A stretch of 64,000 bases of DNA from Adineta vaga. Taxonomy: Eukaryota > Animalia > Rotifera. Under the pieces are notes generated by a model that saw only the letters and a list, made by a program, of their open reading frames with translations, searched no databases and was not told the DNA's origin. Positions 29,229 through 46,141 of the stretch are shown here, piece by piece (the stretch's first letter is position 1; the number at the start of each line of letters is the position of its first letter). The stretch spans positions 13,392,001 to 13,456,000 of the forward strand of contig CP075492.1 of NCBI GenBank assembly GCA_021613535.1, read 5' to 3'. A program made the position numbers and the translations under genes.

Positions 29229-29860
29229 TTGATGTGGACAATGTTGTTTATAACGTCTTAAATCTGAAAAAGAAGAATTAACCACGAACAATCATCGTCA
29301 TGAAAATACTTCGTTCTTCATGAGTTTCTTTTGCGGGAATGAATACAATTACTCAAATATTTAATGTAAAAACACGTGGGTATCCCATAAAAACATATGC
29401 AACATGAATTTCTCATCTATAACATTGTTTGTGTAATATGAAAAAGATATGTTAGAAAAGGATATTGTTTTTAATAGTTAGTTTCAATCGAAACGACAAA
29501 TCTGCAGATTTAAATAGATATTCATATTCTATCCAGTATTGTAAAAATAAAATACTTGTAAATTCTCTTTTACATCAACAGAGAAAAAGCAGAATAAGAG
29601 AATGACATACTTGTTTAAAAAGTGTTGTGAAATCAGAAATAGGAGAAAAAAAATGTATATATACATGAATACTATTCACATGTCTCATGTATGAAATTCA
29701 TAATAATTCAATATAAATATGAAAAGAATATTTGTGTTGTCATTATCCGTATTGTTTTCTTTTACTAACATGTGTTTAAAAGATTTTCATGAGCAAACGT
29801 TTTTCTACTACATCTTTTATCTCATTTTCTTGTTTCTCTGACTAAAATAAGTATTGAATT

Positions 29861-29925
29861 GAGGGTGTGGATGTGGGTGAGGTTGAAGTGAAGAGAAGAG
29901 TATTACTTTCACTCATACCCACACC
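29861..29925. repeat. Short GT-rich/CA-rich hairpin repeat (mini-MITE-like family)
   Basis: Left arm gagggtgtggatgtgggtgagg...gtgaag and right arm ttcactcatacccacacc. A related copy lies at 63085-63141 and degenerate copies at about 53760-53955. Confidence 0.55.
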
Positions 29926-30064
29926 TAGACTTTATATATATTTTCAATTTTTAAATTCTATATCCTTTTTTAAAAACTTTGTCTTTAATGCAGAACAAAA
30001 TATTCACTTAAACAGTAACATCTTTTTTCAATGGTTTTCTATCAAAAAGTACTTTTGAATATTT

Positions 30065-30227
30065 ATTTTTCGACCTTTTATTATGTCGACGTTTTTCACT
30101 ACATACTTTATTCGAACTCACTTATTTTGCTTCGACATTTCTCCTTTCGGCATTTTCATTTTCGATCATTTTTCATTCGACATTTTGTTTCGATATTTTG
30201 TCTTTCGACGTTTTTCAATCATACCGT
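30065..30227. repeat. Degenerate ~15-nt TTCGAC-containing minisatellite, probably a transposon subterminal relic
   Basis: About 10 spaced copies of ttcga(c)attt(t)/tcgac, ending in cataccg. Confidence 0.55.
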
Positions 30228-30741
30228 ATTTATGAGGAATAAAGCATTCAAAATAATTGATTTCGATACATAACTCTGAATTAAATATGTTCCAACTGAA
30301 TGCTTTTTTTCTTTTTCTTACCTTGATAATGACATCATGTATTAAAAACACAATCATATGAAAGAAGAAACCAGGATTGAGAATTAATAAAATAGACGTG
30401 ATTGTACACTGAGACCGAGCAACACACCTACGCATATTTCTGATAAATATTTCATCAGAATAATTGTAAATCAATGCAATATTCCATGGAATCAAGTATT
30501 ATCTGTTCATTATGATATATGTCCTGACAAAATATTACATCATTTAAATTATAAAGGCCATTCAGAACGAAAAAGAGAAAAATAATATTATGATTTTTTT
30601 TTCTTCTTTCTAACATACGATTTTATTCTCATCGATACATACATATATATATATAGTAGAAATTTGATAAGTGTCTTGCATAGATGGAAAAGAGAAAATA
30701 TAATTGATAAATAAGTTACAAAAAAAGAAAATTACTTGTAA

Positions 30742-36043
<5,302 letters not shown>

Positions 36044-36666
36044 AAACAAATATCATAAATATAATTTATTGAAAAAACAATTTGTTCCGTCTTATTATTA
36101 AATAAAATAATTAAGCAAGTCTTTTTTGTTATATGCTGCAATATCTTAATGAATACAGTAAAAAAATCCATTCATTCAATTACGAACAATAGTCTTTATA
36201 AAAGTTGCGTAATTACTTTTTCGAATAAAATAAAGATTCCGAGTATGTTCAATGGTACTGTAGATGTGAAAGGATGAAAATAAATGGATTGATTGTTAGT
36301 TCGAATAATTATGAAACATCAGGAAATGATACAAGATACAGAAAAGATTCTTGTAATGTCATCAGTTCCGGTATAAAAAGTTCACTGTCAAATTTAAATT
36401 CTATCCCAAGAGAAGCAGTCAATTTTCCTTCATATTCACATCACATTTCATTGTCGTTTAACAAATGAAACTTTTTTTTCACATTATTTTTTGTATAGCT
36501 TACTTCTTTCTATGAAATATACGATGCAAAATGAATGACATCTTTTTTTCTTTCGCCGATTAAATATTAATATCACAAAAAAAAGTTTTCAACAAAATGA
36601 AAAGCAATCCAACAATTGCATAATAAAATGTTCTTTTTTCCTCTAAAGAAGCAAAACAAACAGAAG

Positions 36667-38566
36667 ATGTTTTGGAGCGTTGTTATGCTGCTGATATTTC
36701 CAATTGTTCAATCTGTTCCCATTGGAAAGATAGAACAATACATGATGGTTAGTTCCGTCGTTAATACATTGTTAAATATCACTGAGAAGCAATGTGTATG
36801 TGAAATGATGAAAATGAATGGATTGATTATTGCTTCAAATTATTATCGAACAAATCAAACTTGTCAATTGATGACAAGTAATCTGAATTTGATTATGATA
36901 CAAGTAGATTTTGATAGTTCTCTACAATTTCTCAATCGAACTGCAATGATAATAACAGATATTGGAACCAGTCGTAAGTTTATTTTTATATCAAAGCAGA
37001 TAGAATTATATAATTTGACTAATTCCATGCAATCAACTAATTATCCTAATTTCAGTACTGTATCCATGAGTATAGTCTCTTCAAAAATATATGTTTCTAC
37101 ATGTAACGTATTGAACACGTATATCTTATATAATATAACCAATGCAGAAACCGAAATCCTAGTTCTTTCTTTGTACGCATTGATGCAATTTTCTATTATT
37201 TAGCTGCCGCTTGTAATATGTCTCAAACGAGTTCCGTCGCTCAATCTGGCTCATCAATACTCTACACATTTGACAATACTACAAATGACTATTATGGTAA
37301 TTATAATGCTATTCCATATAATAATCCAGTGTATATATCGCCTGGTTATAATGGGCGTGGTTCTACCATACAAATTCTATCTAATGCATCACAATATTTA
37401 ACAGTTGCTAATTATATGAATTTCTATAATAAAAGTCTAACTGTTGAAGCATGGATTTATCCATTAGCTGTTTTTAGTAGTTCTACATATATCGATATGA
37501 TCATTTATGCCCAAACAAATACAACACAGCAACCTCAGCTTATGTGGCTAATGCTGAGAAACGGGAAAGGCTACGGTGCATTTTATGCCAATGATGTCAT
37601 TGGACCGACTGCATTCTTACCCAATCGGTGGCAACATATTGCATTTACATATGATCGTAGGACGGCAACACAAGTTATATACTATAATGGAGTTGCAGGT
37701 AACTGTTGAACATATACTTCATCTTTATTATTCTATAGCATTTTGTTTTAGATTCAATACATACAGAAGCACCTCCCTGTGTAATTACTGCTGGTATACA
37801 AACAATAGGTACATATCAAGATCATAATGGTGGTTTCTTTCATGGATATATCGATCAGTTACAAATTTTCTTTAATAGAGCAAAAACAGCGACTGAGATT
37901 CTCAATGATGCAACGCTAGTCGGATACTATCCGATGGATTGTCTAACGAATCCTGGGCTAGATAATGGACCTAATTCGATCAATGGTACAGCTGTTGAAT
38001 TACGCAGTAGTGATGGTGGACGAGTTGGTCAGTCGTATTTGTTTAATACAAATGCCAGTTATTTTCAAGTGACTGGATTAGTTCTATTAGGACAATCCTG
38101 TAGTCCATATTCTTTTTCGCTATGGTTACGACCAAAACAATCCGTTATGAATGGAGGTACAATCCTACATGTCTCGCAAAATATGTTTGGTAGTGATTGG
38201 TGTATTCCATTTCTTGGTTTAAGTTCATCAGGACAAATCGTTGCCAACGGATACCATATTGGTGGCATAATAGAAATTATTGGACCTATACTCACAATTG
38301 ACTATTGGGTTCATATTATTTTAACGTATAGTGAAGCTAATGGAATGCGTTTATATATTAATGGAATTCTCTTTGGTCAAAGTGTTCCATTTGTTTATGC
38401 AGCAGCAGGCGTACCGATGACTGTTACACTAGGACAGTCTTTAAATGGTAATGAATGCTATCACAGTTCACTTCAAACAGGTGTGTATCGAGGACAAATG
38501 GATGAATTCTATATTTATAGTAGAGAATTATCTCAAGCAGACGCAACAAGATTAGCCAATCCATGA
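36667..38566 (+). CDS. Secreted protein with an N-terminal PAN/apple-like Cys motif and two LamG/concanavalin-A-like (pentraxin-like) domains; multi-exon
   Basis: Signal peptide and QCVC..SNYY..NQTCQL. LamG motifs SLTVEAWIYP, WQHIAFTY, FHGYIDQL, SFSLWLRP, WVHIILTYS...LYING and GQMDEFYIYSRELS. Confidence 0.8.
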
Positions 38567-38766
38567 GATAACAGATGATATTATCATTTAAAAAGTTATT
38601 TTAGCAATCAAAATAAAAACTTTCAGCAAGACAACAATAAACAATCAAATATATTATTTTTGTTCTATGACATAAATAAAAATAAACATAAAAAACAAAA
38701 TAGTTTCTGATTATCTTTCCATTTTCATAATATGCAGTAGTATCTTCATATCACTTCAACAATTTA

Positions 38767-39198
38767 CTACATAACACTACATTGGTTTTGTTTTACATGC
38801 TGAAAATGTTCTGGACAGTGAGGATATCTACCGCCATTCATACCAGGTAGTTCCATAACATGAGTTAAGCATAATAAACGACCACAAGGTTGACCTCGAC
38901 TTATTCCATAGCTGCATTTAGTAGCTGCTCTACTGCCACAAATACAACATGTATTTCCATCTGGCAGTATGGGCATTGCATTGGGTGGTACGATGGCATG
39001 ATGTGATTGCATTGGAATATTTTGTTGTGATGGAATCAATGTATAATGAATTGGTTGACCATTTGAATCTAACAATGTAATTTGTCTAGGATGAGCAGCT
39101 GGATTATAAGCAATCGTAAGAAATGAGGATTGTACTGTTGTTGGTGTTGCAGCAGCAGGAACTTTTTCGTTGTATACGGGAGGTGAAGAATCAGCCAT
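38767..39198 (-). CDS. Small protein with a C-terminal Cys/His zinc finger (B-box/AN1-like spacing) and a CaaX box (CSVM)
   Basis: Pro/Gln-rich N-half, then C-x2-C..C..C..LC..H..C..H, ending CSVM*. Confidence 0.7.
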   Translation of the reverse strand: MADSSPPVYNEKVPAAATPTTVQSSFLTIAYNPAAHPRQITLLDSNGQPIHYTLIPSQQNIPMQSHHAIVPPNAMPILPDGNTCCICGSRAATKCSYGISRGQPCGRLLCLTHVMELPGMNGGRYPHCPEHFQHVKQNQCSVM

Positions 39199-40370
39199 TG
39201 GTTGATTTTACTGTGCAAGTAAGAACTAAGTTAAAACTATGAGTGAATATCATTATACGATTGTTTGATATTTATATACACGCAGTTTTATTACCATTCT
39301 GTTCTTCTTTATTTTTATCTATCTAAGTCAGTACTATCAACTAGACTCATGAAATGAGTTCTTTTCTTTCGCATGTAAAACGTGATTCATATACGTTAAG
39401 GTGAGCAGTAAATCAGAGTAGATAAGATTAAATGACATCATCACGGTTATTACAGTTCTACACAAATTGTTATGCAATAATAAAATATCACTATTCATGG
39501 ATAGTACAGTGAACTTTTGTTTTTCCATTTTAATTTTAGAGGTGAAAGAAACGCCATTTTCTTATCCTTTACTTTCTATTACACAGAAATCAATCGATTA
39601 CTCGATAGAGAACTAAATAGATGAAGTAATTTATCGTGTATATACAATCTAACAAAAAGAGATTGACAATGATAAGTATTCCCTTAGTTTACCGTGCTGT
39701 TCATTTTATAATTGATCGTAGATTCTATTATCATCAATATGTGATTAGAGTTGATCACAGAAATAATCTCAGATGAAAACATGAACTGTATATATATATA
39801 GAAGTTAAATGAAAGTATCCAAAATTCTAAATGACAACATAAAGTTTTCATGTATAAAAACAGTGCAAATTGGTGAGAAATTCATTAAAAGGAGTAGATC
39901 AATGTTATATGTGTCAGTTATAATCTTCTTCTTTTGTATAGTTCAGAAAGGACAAAACATCATCATCGATGTATGCACAGAATTGATGTGACAACGACTC
40001 TCTCTCTCTTTCTGTCTCTTTTTTTCGTTCAATTCTGTCGTTAGTAGCCCGTCGATCGTTGATATTTCTCTTTCTCTTGTAGTTTCATGCGTATCGATAC
40101 GGAAAAAGGATGATGATGATGATGACGAACATTGCAGCTCATACATCATCATTATTAATGTAAATGAACACTAGTCAAGGAAGAGGAATTATTACATATA
40201 CATTACATGACTCATTGATTAATATCATTCTTCTATGATGTCATAAATGTGTGTGCATAGAAAAGTATATGTCCCTATGTATCTAACCGTATGAATGAAG
40301 ACCAATTATTTCAATATATTCATCAGTACATCTTGCAGATTTCAAATTTCAGTATTTTCAGCAGGACAAC

Positions 40371-41426
40371 ATGACATTTGAACAACAAATACACAATAGT
40401 AGTGAACAGTTTCAACTATTGACGAAGCAATTAACCGATACGGAATGGAGTGAAATGGCAATATCAGATGCACAATCTCGCTTAACTACTTGTCTTCGTC
40501 AGATTCGTTTAACAAACATGAAAATTAATGCTTGCCATATTGCAGCTGACAAAGAACATAAACGTTTTATTGATTTAAAGAAATTTGGTGTTCGACATGC
40601 CTGGTATAAAGTTCGAGGTGTCTATGCTCAATTTGTGGATAAACAAGCAAAAGCATGGTTACGAGAATTTAAAAAATGTCAAGAAGAAGAACAACAATTA
40701 ATTACTCTAAAAGAAGAAGCTTACGCTGCTCGAAAACATCTTCAACAATGTCAAAATAGTTACGAACAATATACACAAACAAAACAAGAATTAAATGAAT
40801 TATTAGATCATTTATTTGCTACTGCTGAACCTTCCTATCCTTATGAAGATGTCCTTAAACAAGATTTAAAAAAGAAAAAAGAAAATTTAATTAATCTACA
40901 AGGTGATAGTCGTATATTTAAACATGTCTTTCATATATTGACGAAAGCACATCGTACTATTATGATAGCTCAACAAGCAATTGATGATGCATTAAATATG
41001 GAAACATCGGATTTATTTTCGCATTGTATGTTTGGAAATATGGTTGTAAATACCTTTTTGTCAAAAGCTAAAGATGCATTAATACAAGCACAAGATTTAT
41101 TAAACGACGCTAAGCGTATTCATCCAAATAATTCATTTCTCAATAATCTTGATATTCGAAAAGATCATTCGATTTTAAATATTATATTCGATAATCTGTG
41201 TATTGACAAGCCTATAATGAAAAATCTTAGCGAATCATCGAATTATATGACTTTTTTGAATGCTACTTTAATTTGTACATTAAAACAACTGAAGGAACAA
41301 ATGGACACATGCGAAGCTGAACGAAATCAAACGAATAAAGATATTAAACGATTGACAACAATACATTTTGTTCTACGATCTGCTATTGTATTAGATATTA
41401 TTGAATCATCACATTTGTCTCCATGA
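40371..41426 (+). CDS. Intronless coiled-coil protein resembling an uncharacterised fungal/bacterial family
   Basis: 351-aa helical ORF. VRHAWYKVRG, LFATAEPSYPYED and ILNIIFDNL resemble, from memory, the conserved blocks of a family ending in D(V/I)FFDNIFTD. Confidence 0.65.
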   Translation: MTFEQQIHNSSEQFQLLTKQLTDTEWSEMAISDAQSRLTTCLRQIRLTNMKINACHIAADKEHKRFIDLKKFGVRHAWYKVRGVYAQFVDKQAKAWLREFKKCQEEEQQLITLKEEAYAARKHLQQCQNSYEQYTQTKQELNELLDHLFATAEPSYPYEDVLKQDLKKKKENLINLQGDSRIFKHVFHILTKAHRTIMIAQQAIDDALNMETSDLFSHCMFGNMVVNTFLSKAKDALIQAQDLLNDAKRIHPNNSFLNNLDIRKDHSILNIIFDNLCIDKPIMKNLSESSNYMTFLNATLICTLKQLKEQMDTCEAERNQTNKDIKRLTTIHFVLRSAIVLDIIESSHLSP

Positions 41427-41681
41427 TATTGTATAACATATTGTGTTTTTTTATTCGTGTGTCTTTATCTTATTACTAACTAAAAACTGCAGGCATAACA
41501 ACTCGAAATTTTAAAATAATTCATAGAAGATCTATTATGAAGCAAAAGTTAAAAAAATGAAAGGAACTCGAACGTTTATATCTTTATAGAGATAAAGAGC
41601 ATGAATGTAATACCAAAATAAAAATGAAAAAAAACAATTTTGATTCAGTCTATGACGAGGTTTTTCCATCTTATAAGTCAG

Positions 41682-43196
41682 TTAGCCATTACAACCTGGA
41701 AAGAAACATGGTCTAGTTCCATTAATAGTACCACCTTGTAAACAATCGTTACATGGTTGTCTTAACTGCGTTAAACACAAACGTTGTCGAATATATATTC
41801 CACTTCCGCATGTCACACTGCATTGACCATTAACCCATGATGACCAAAGACATGCTAAAAATATGATAGAAGTTTGAATAATAAAAGAGACTCAAATGTG
41901 AATGAATAAATGAACAGTTTATGACAGAAACAATTTCTATCATGAAATTAGATAGACTCAGTTTTGTAAAGCTGAACATACAAAAGATCTAGTTTTGTTT
42001 TCATCTACTTTCAAAGACTTTTACTTATCTATAGGTAAGTATTTGAAATTCAAAGTTGATATTGCTTACGTTGATTAATGAGTGTAGTTGATGAGGAAGT
42101 CATTGTTGTGGTGGGTGCAGTTGTTGAGGAAGCCGCTGTTGTTGAGGAAGCCGCTGTTGTGATGTGTGCAGTTGTTGAGAAAGCTGCTGTTGTGATGTGT
42201 GCAGTTGTTGAGGAAGCCGCTGTTGTGATGTGTGCAGTTGTTGAGAAAGCTGCTGTTGTGATGTGTGCAGTTGTTGAGGAAGCCGCTGTTGTGATGTGTG
42301 CAGTTGTTGAGAAAGCTGCTGTTGTGGTGGGTGCAGTTGTTGAAGAAGATCCCATTGTCGTCATAGCCACTGTCGAAGAAGGTCCCATTGTCGTCATAGC
42401 CACTGTCGAAGAAGGTCCCATTGTCGTCATAGCCGCTGTTGAAGAAGGTCCCATTGTCGTCATAGTCACTGTCGAAGAAGGTCCCATTGTTGTCATACCC
42501 GCTGTTGAAGAAGGTCCCATTGTCGTCATAGTCACTGTCGAAGAAGGTCCCATTGTCGTCATAGCCGCTGTTGAAGAAGGTCCCATTGTCGTCATAGTCA
42601 CTGTCGAAGAAGGTCCCATTGTCGTCATAGCCGCTGTTGAAGAGGATACCATTGTTGACACGGTTGTTGTTGTTGATGATACAATCGAAATGGATGAACG
42701 GACTGATGTTACTTCTGTCGTCATTAATGTAGACATTATTGTTGACACTAAAAAAATATTGATGATCAGTAAAATGTACAATAACAGTCATGAATACATA
42801 CATTGATTGTTAAAGCAAAAGAAACTCATGACACGAGGCATACAAATTCGTCTTCCACAAGCACTATCGATGATACACACATCAGTGTCCGATGAGCATA
42901 AATTTTCTCCCTCAGAACAGGTCTCAAAAAATGAACAATCAGCACTTGGTGCACATAATATTTGATCTGTGTTTATATGAAATTTATGGCATTCAAAACC
43001 AGAAGAACAGTTTCCACTTATCGAATTTCGAATTGAAGATTCACATAGAGGAACTGAATAATTCGATGAGTTTTGACCAGTTAGTTCTAGAATTAAAGAT
43101 TTAAAATAACTAAAGATCGAATTATTTTAAATTACCTCCTTGTAATTCACCAATATATAACGAAGCAATAATCATCGAAAATATATATAACATCAT
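41682..43196 (-). CDS. Secreted mucin-like protein: signal peptide, Cys-rich domain, Thr/Ser repeat region and C-terminal TSP1 domain; 4 exons
   Basis: Exon 1 MMLYIFSMIIASLYIGELQG; exon 2 CAPSADCSFFETC..C....VCIIDSACGRRICMP; exon 3 T/S repeats; exon 4 CLWSSWVNGQCSVTCGSG.YIRQRLC (TSP1). Splice phases are compatible. Confidence 0.85.
42112..42655. repeat. Coding 33-bp minisatellite with two unit types (TTMGPSSTxxM and TTAAxSTTAHI)
   Basis: Tandem units visible directly: ~gaagaaggtcccattgtcgtcatagccgctgtt and ~gcagttgttgagaaagctgctgttgtgatgtgt. Confidence 0.92.
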
Positions 43197-44793
43197 TTTG
43201 AATACTTCCAATTTTTACTTGCAGATCGTAGTGAATTCTAAAAAAAAAGAAAAATAACGCAGATTGTCAACTGGAAACAGAGATACTCAGAAAAAAATCA
43301 TTGTAGCAACGTTTATTTTCTTATTTTTACTAATCTTCCTAATGTTTATAATTTCAAATATGGTTAAGCCTATTTATTACTTTGACTAATACTTCCTCTC
43401 AATGAAAATGCGACACCACTGAAGAAAATCATGTTCTACATTCATCTCTTGATATAGTGTGTGAATAGTACATTCAACAATAGAATTTTTTCTATTTTAC
43501 CAACAGAGACAGTGAAGAAAAAACATTCTTTCAACTGTTTACTGCATTGAGAGTAGTTGAAAGGGCGATTTCAAATTGAAAAAACATGCAGTATCCAAAA
43601 AGATTTTTCTTTCTTTCTCGCATTTCAAAAAAGTACAGCGGGCATATTCTCAATCATTGAGAAAAGGAAGAGAGCATCGTTCACTTCGACGTTAACCAAC
43701 AAATAATATTTATCAAATATGCTTTCATACGAAATAATCATACTTCTCGAATAAACAACGAAAAAACAACTCTTGTGTGGTGACGCTAGCAACATTCTTG
43801 TTGTCAGATGTAAATGTTACGTTTTTTCCCCAACTCTACTTCACTTTTAACTACGCAAAATCAATTTTCTTCTTGACGTCAATGGCAATATAACTGTTAA
43901 CATAGAATGTGTAATCAGCTATGAAAAGTGAAATAAATTTGAACTTTTAAAGCAATATGTGAAAAAAGAATGATTTGCAACTTTGTTGTTACATACTTTA
44001 TTATAATTATCTTAATTTTGTCTGTGATAGTAACATTTACTCATCCTGAAAATCTTTGGTCAAAGATTAATTGGTTAATAACATAGCAAAATCTTATTCA
44101 GAAACATAGATTCTTTTTTACATTTCGTTTAATACGTTGTTGTATGATTTTTGATTTCATTAATATGGATTGGTTGAATTGTATGTCTATAGCTGTTTAC
44201 TTAAGAATAATGACTCTGCATAGGGTGACTTAAACATACACTTCTCCCTATGTAATTCATTGAAAGAAATCGAGAATAGTTTCATTACTACATAGATGAA
44301 TTAAACATATTTTAAATGTTGTACTCATAGTTTGGTTTCTACATGATCTTTAGTGATAAGTGACAATCAATAGTTGAGTATTTTGAAAATCTGCCTTCGC
44401 TTTTTCAAACGTATTGTACACATTACTTCAGTGTATGATTTACAATTATTCTATTCTTTATCTTGAATCAGATATGCATGATGTTTGAATACACAAATGT
44501 TATGAAATGTGCTCTTATCTACAAGATTTCACATAGCACCGAAGAAAATTTGAATAATGATGAAAGATTATCATAAGATTGGTATATAGTGAAACATTTT
44601 TTCTGGTTTTTTATACAGCATAACTGTCAAATTGATGAAGTGCTAGTAGTGCAAGTCAGTAGATATTTGAGATTCATATGTGGAGTTCTATTAGTTGTAT
44701 TTTAGAATTTAAGCACAATAGTTAATCAAAACAAAAAGCACAAGAAGTATTTTTTCGTTTATTTTGAATTTTTCACATAATCTTTCCGTCAGT

Positions 44794-45530
44794 TTATTTC
44801 TCTTTATTCATTGTCATCTGTCCGTCTTGTTTTTGTTTCTCTTGCTCTCGTTTCTTCTCTTCCTTTTGTCTTTTCTTCTCCTCTTTTTCTTTCTTTTTTT
44901 CCTCCTTCTCTTGTTCTTTTTTCTTCTTCTTCTCTTCTCTTTCTTTCTTTTTTTCTTGCTTCTTCTCTTCTTTCTCTTGTTCTTTTTGCTTCTTTTCTTC
45001 ACTTTCTTCTGATTCTTCATCACTATCTTCATTTACGACTTGATCATGATTGTCCAGTTCGACTCTATCAGCTATTCGATAATTTGATTTTTTGACTGAT
45101 ATTTTCAGGATATTATCCATAATATTGTTCTTCGCATCATTAACACTCTGTAACTGCTCTTGAAAAGAGATATCCACGACATGAGAATTGGGAGAAAATG
45201 CAGGTCCATGATGGTGACGACGTTTGAATGGTTTGACCAATTTTACTATAATAGGAAAGAAAAACATTTTTTGTTTAAATATCTTAATATAGCTGAAGAA
45301 GTACGCTAGATCTTTGAGACAATAAGGAATAATTACCTGTATTGCTCCGTTCATCCGTAATAGTATGCTGATCTATACTATCAATTTGATTAGATGTTGG
45401 ATCCAATGGATATTGACCATATGTTCCTAAAGCAAATCAATACTAATATACATGGTATTTTCAATTTATTTTACTTACCAAGAATGCAAAACGTGACGAG
45501 ATATGCTACGAAGTATAGCTGCATAATCAT
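44794..45530 (-). CDS. Secreted hydrophilic protein with an acidic tract and an E/K-rich charged C-terminal helix; 3 exons
   Basis: Spliced product MIMQLYFVAYLVTFCILGTYG/QYPLDPTSNQ...SNT/VKLVKPFKRRHHHGP...EDSDEESEESEEKKQKEQEKEEKK. Two phase-1 GT-AG introns. Confidence 0.7.
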
Positions 45531-46141
45531 ATGCTTTTTCTATGTAGACAAACTAAAATATCCTATTCTTCTTAGAATCACTGAATATATATCGAAGAAC
45601 AGGTAATATATATTCATCCTAATCCATATAGCATTATTTTCGATCTTTAGACCCACCCATAAATTATTCATCATTTTTCTTGTATACAGATTAAACTAAA
45701 AGGTCATGATTAGCAAGAGATTATCATTGCACGAAGCAGAATTTTTCTTATTTCCCAATCTTTGATGTACCTGTATGTATTTGCGTATAGTAGATCTCCT
45801 GGGTTACTCAGCTAAGAATATTATAACATATGACCTGAAAAACTCCTTCTTCTCGCCTCCTTTTTACTTTGAGACGCTTGATCAAAAACTAAATTAATAT
45901 TAAGTTATCTCAACATTGTATAGTACTTATTTCGATATAAAATATCAAGGATTACGAGTTGATTTTTTTTTCTATTTACAAATGAAGAGAACAACAAAAG
46001 CTAATAAACATGTACTTGGTCTATCATTCATCAATTTTAAGAACATTATGTCGATGAATTTTTATTTAAAAAGATACTTTCGCTAAATTAAAAATAACGG
46101 TTAATAAACGTGATCAATTACAATTCTAAATCACAATCTAC

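Noticed and set aside
42112-42655. CRISPR-like regular repeats
   Set aside because: Units are head-to-tail with no unique spacers, they are coding, there are no cas genes, and the context is eukaryotic.
42075-42806. Two extra ~242-aa ORFs (one sense in another frame, one antisense) overlapping the mucin exon
   Set aside because: These are by-products of a stop-free 33-bp repeat. Only the T/S frame splices to the signal-peptide, Cys-rich and TSP1 exons.
44764-45095. Leu/Phe-rich membrane-looking ORFs on the plus strand
   Set aside because: Antisense shadow of the GAA/AAA-rich E/K tract.
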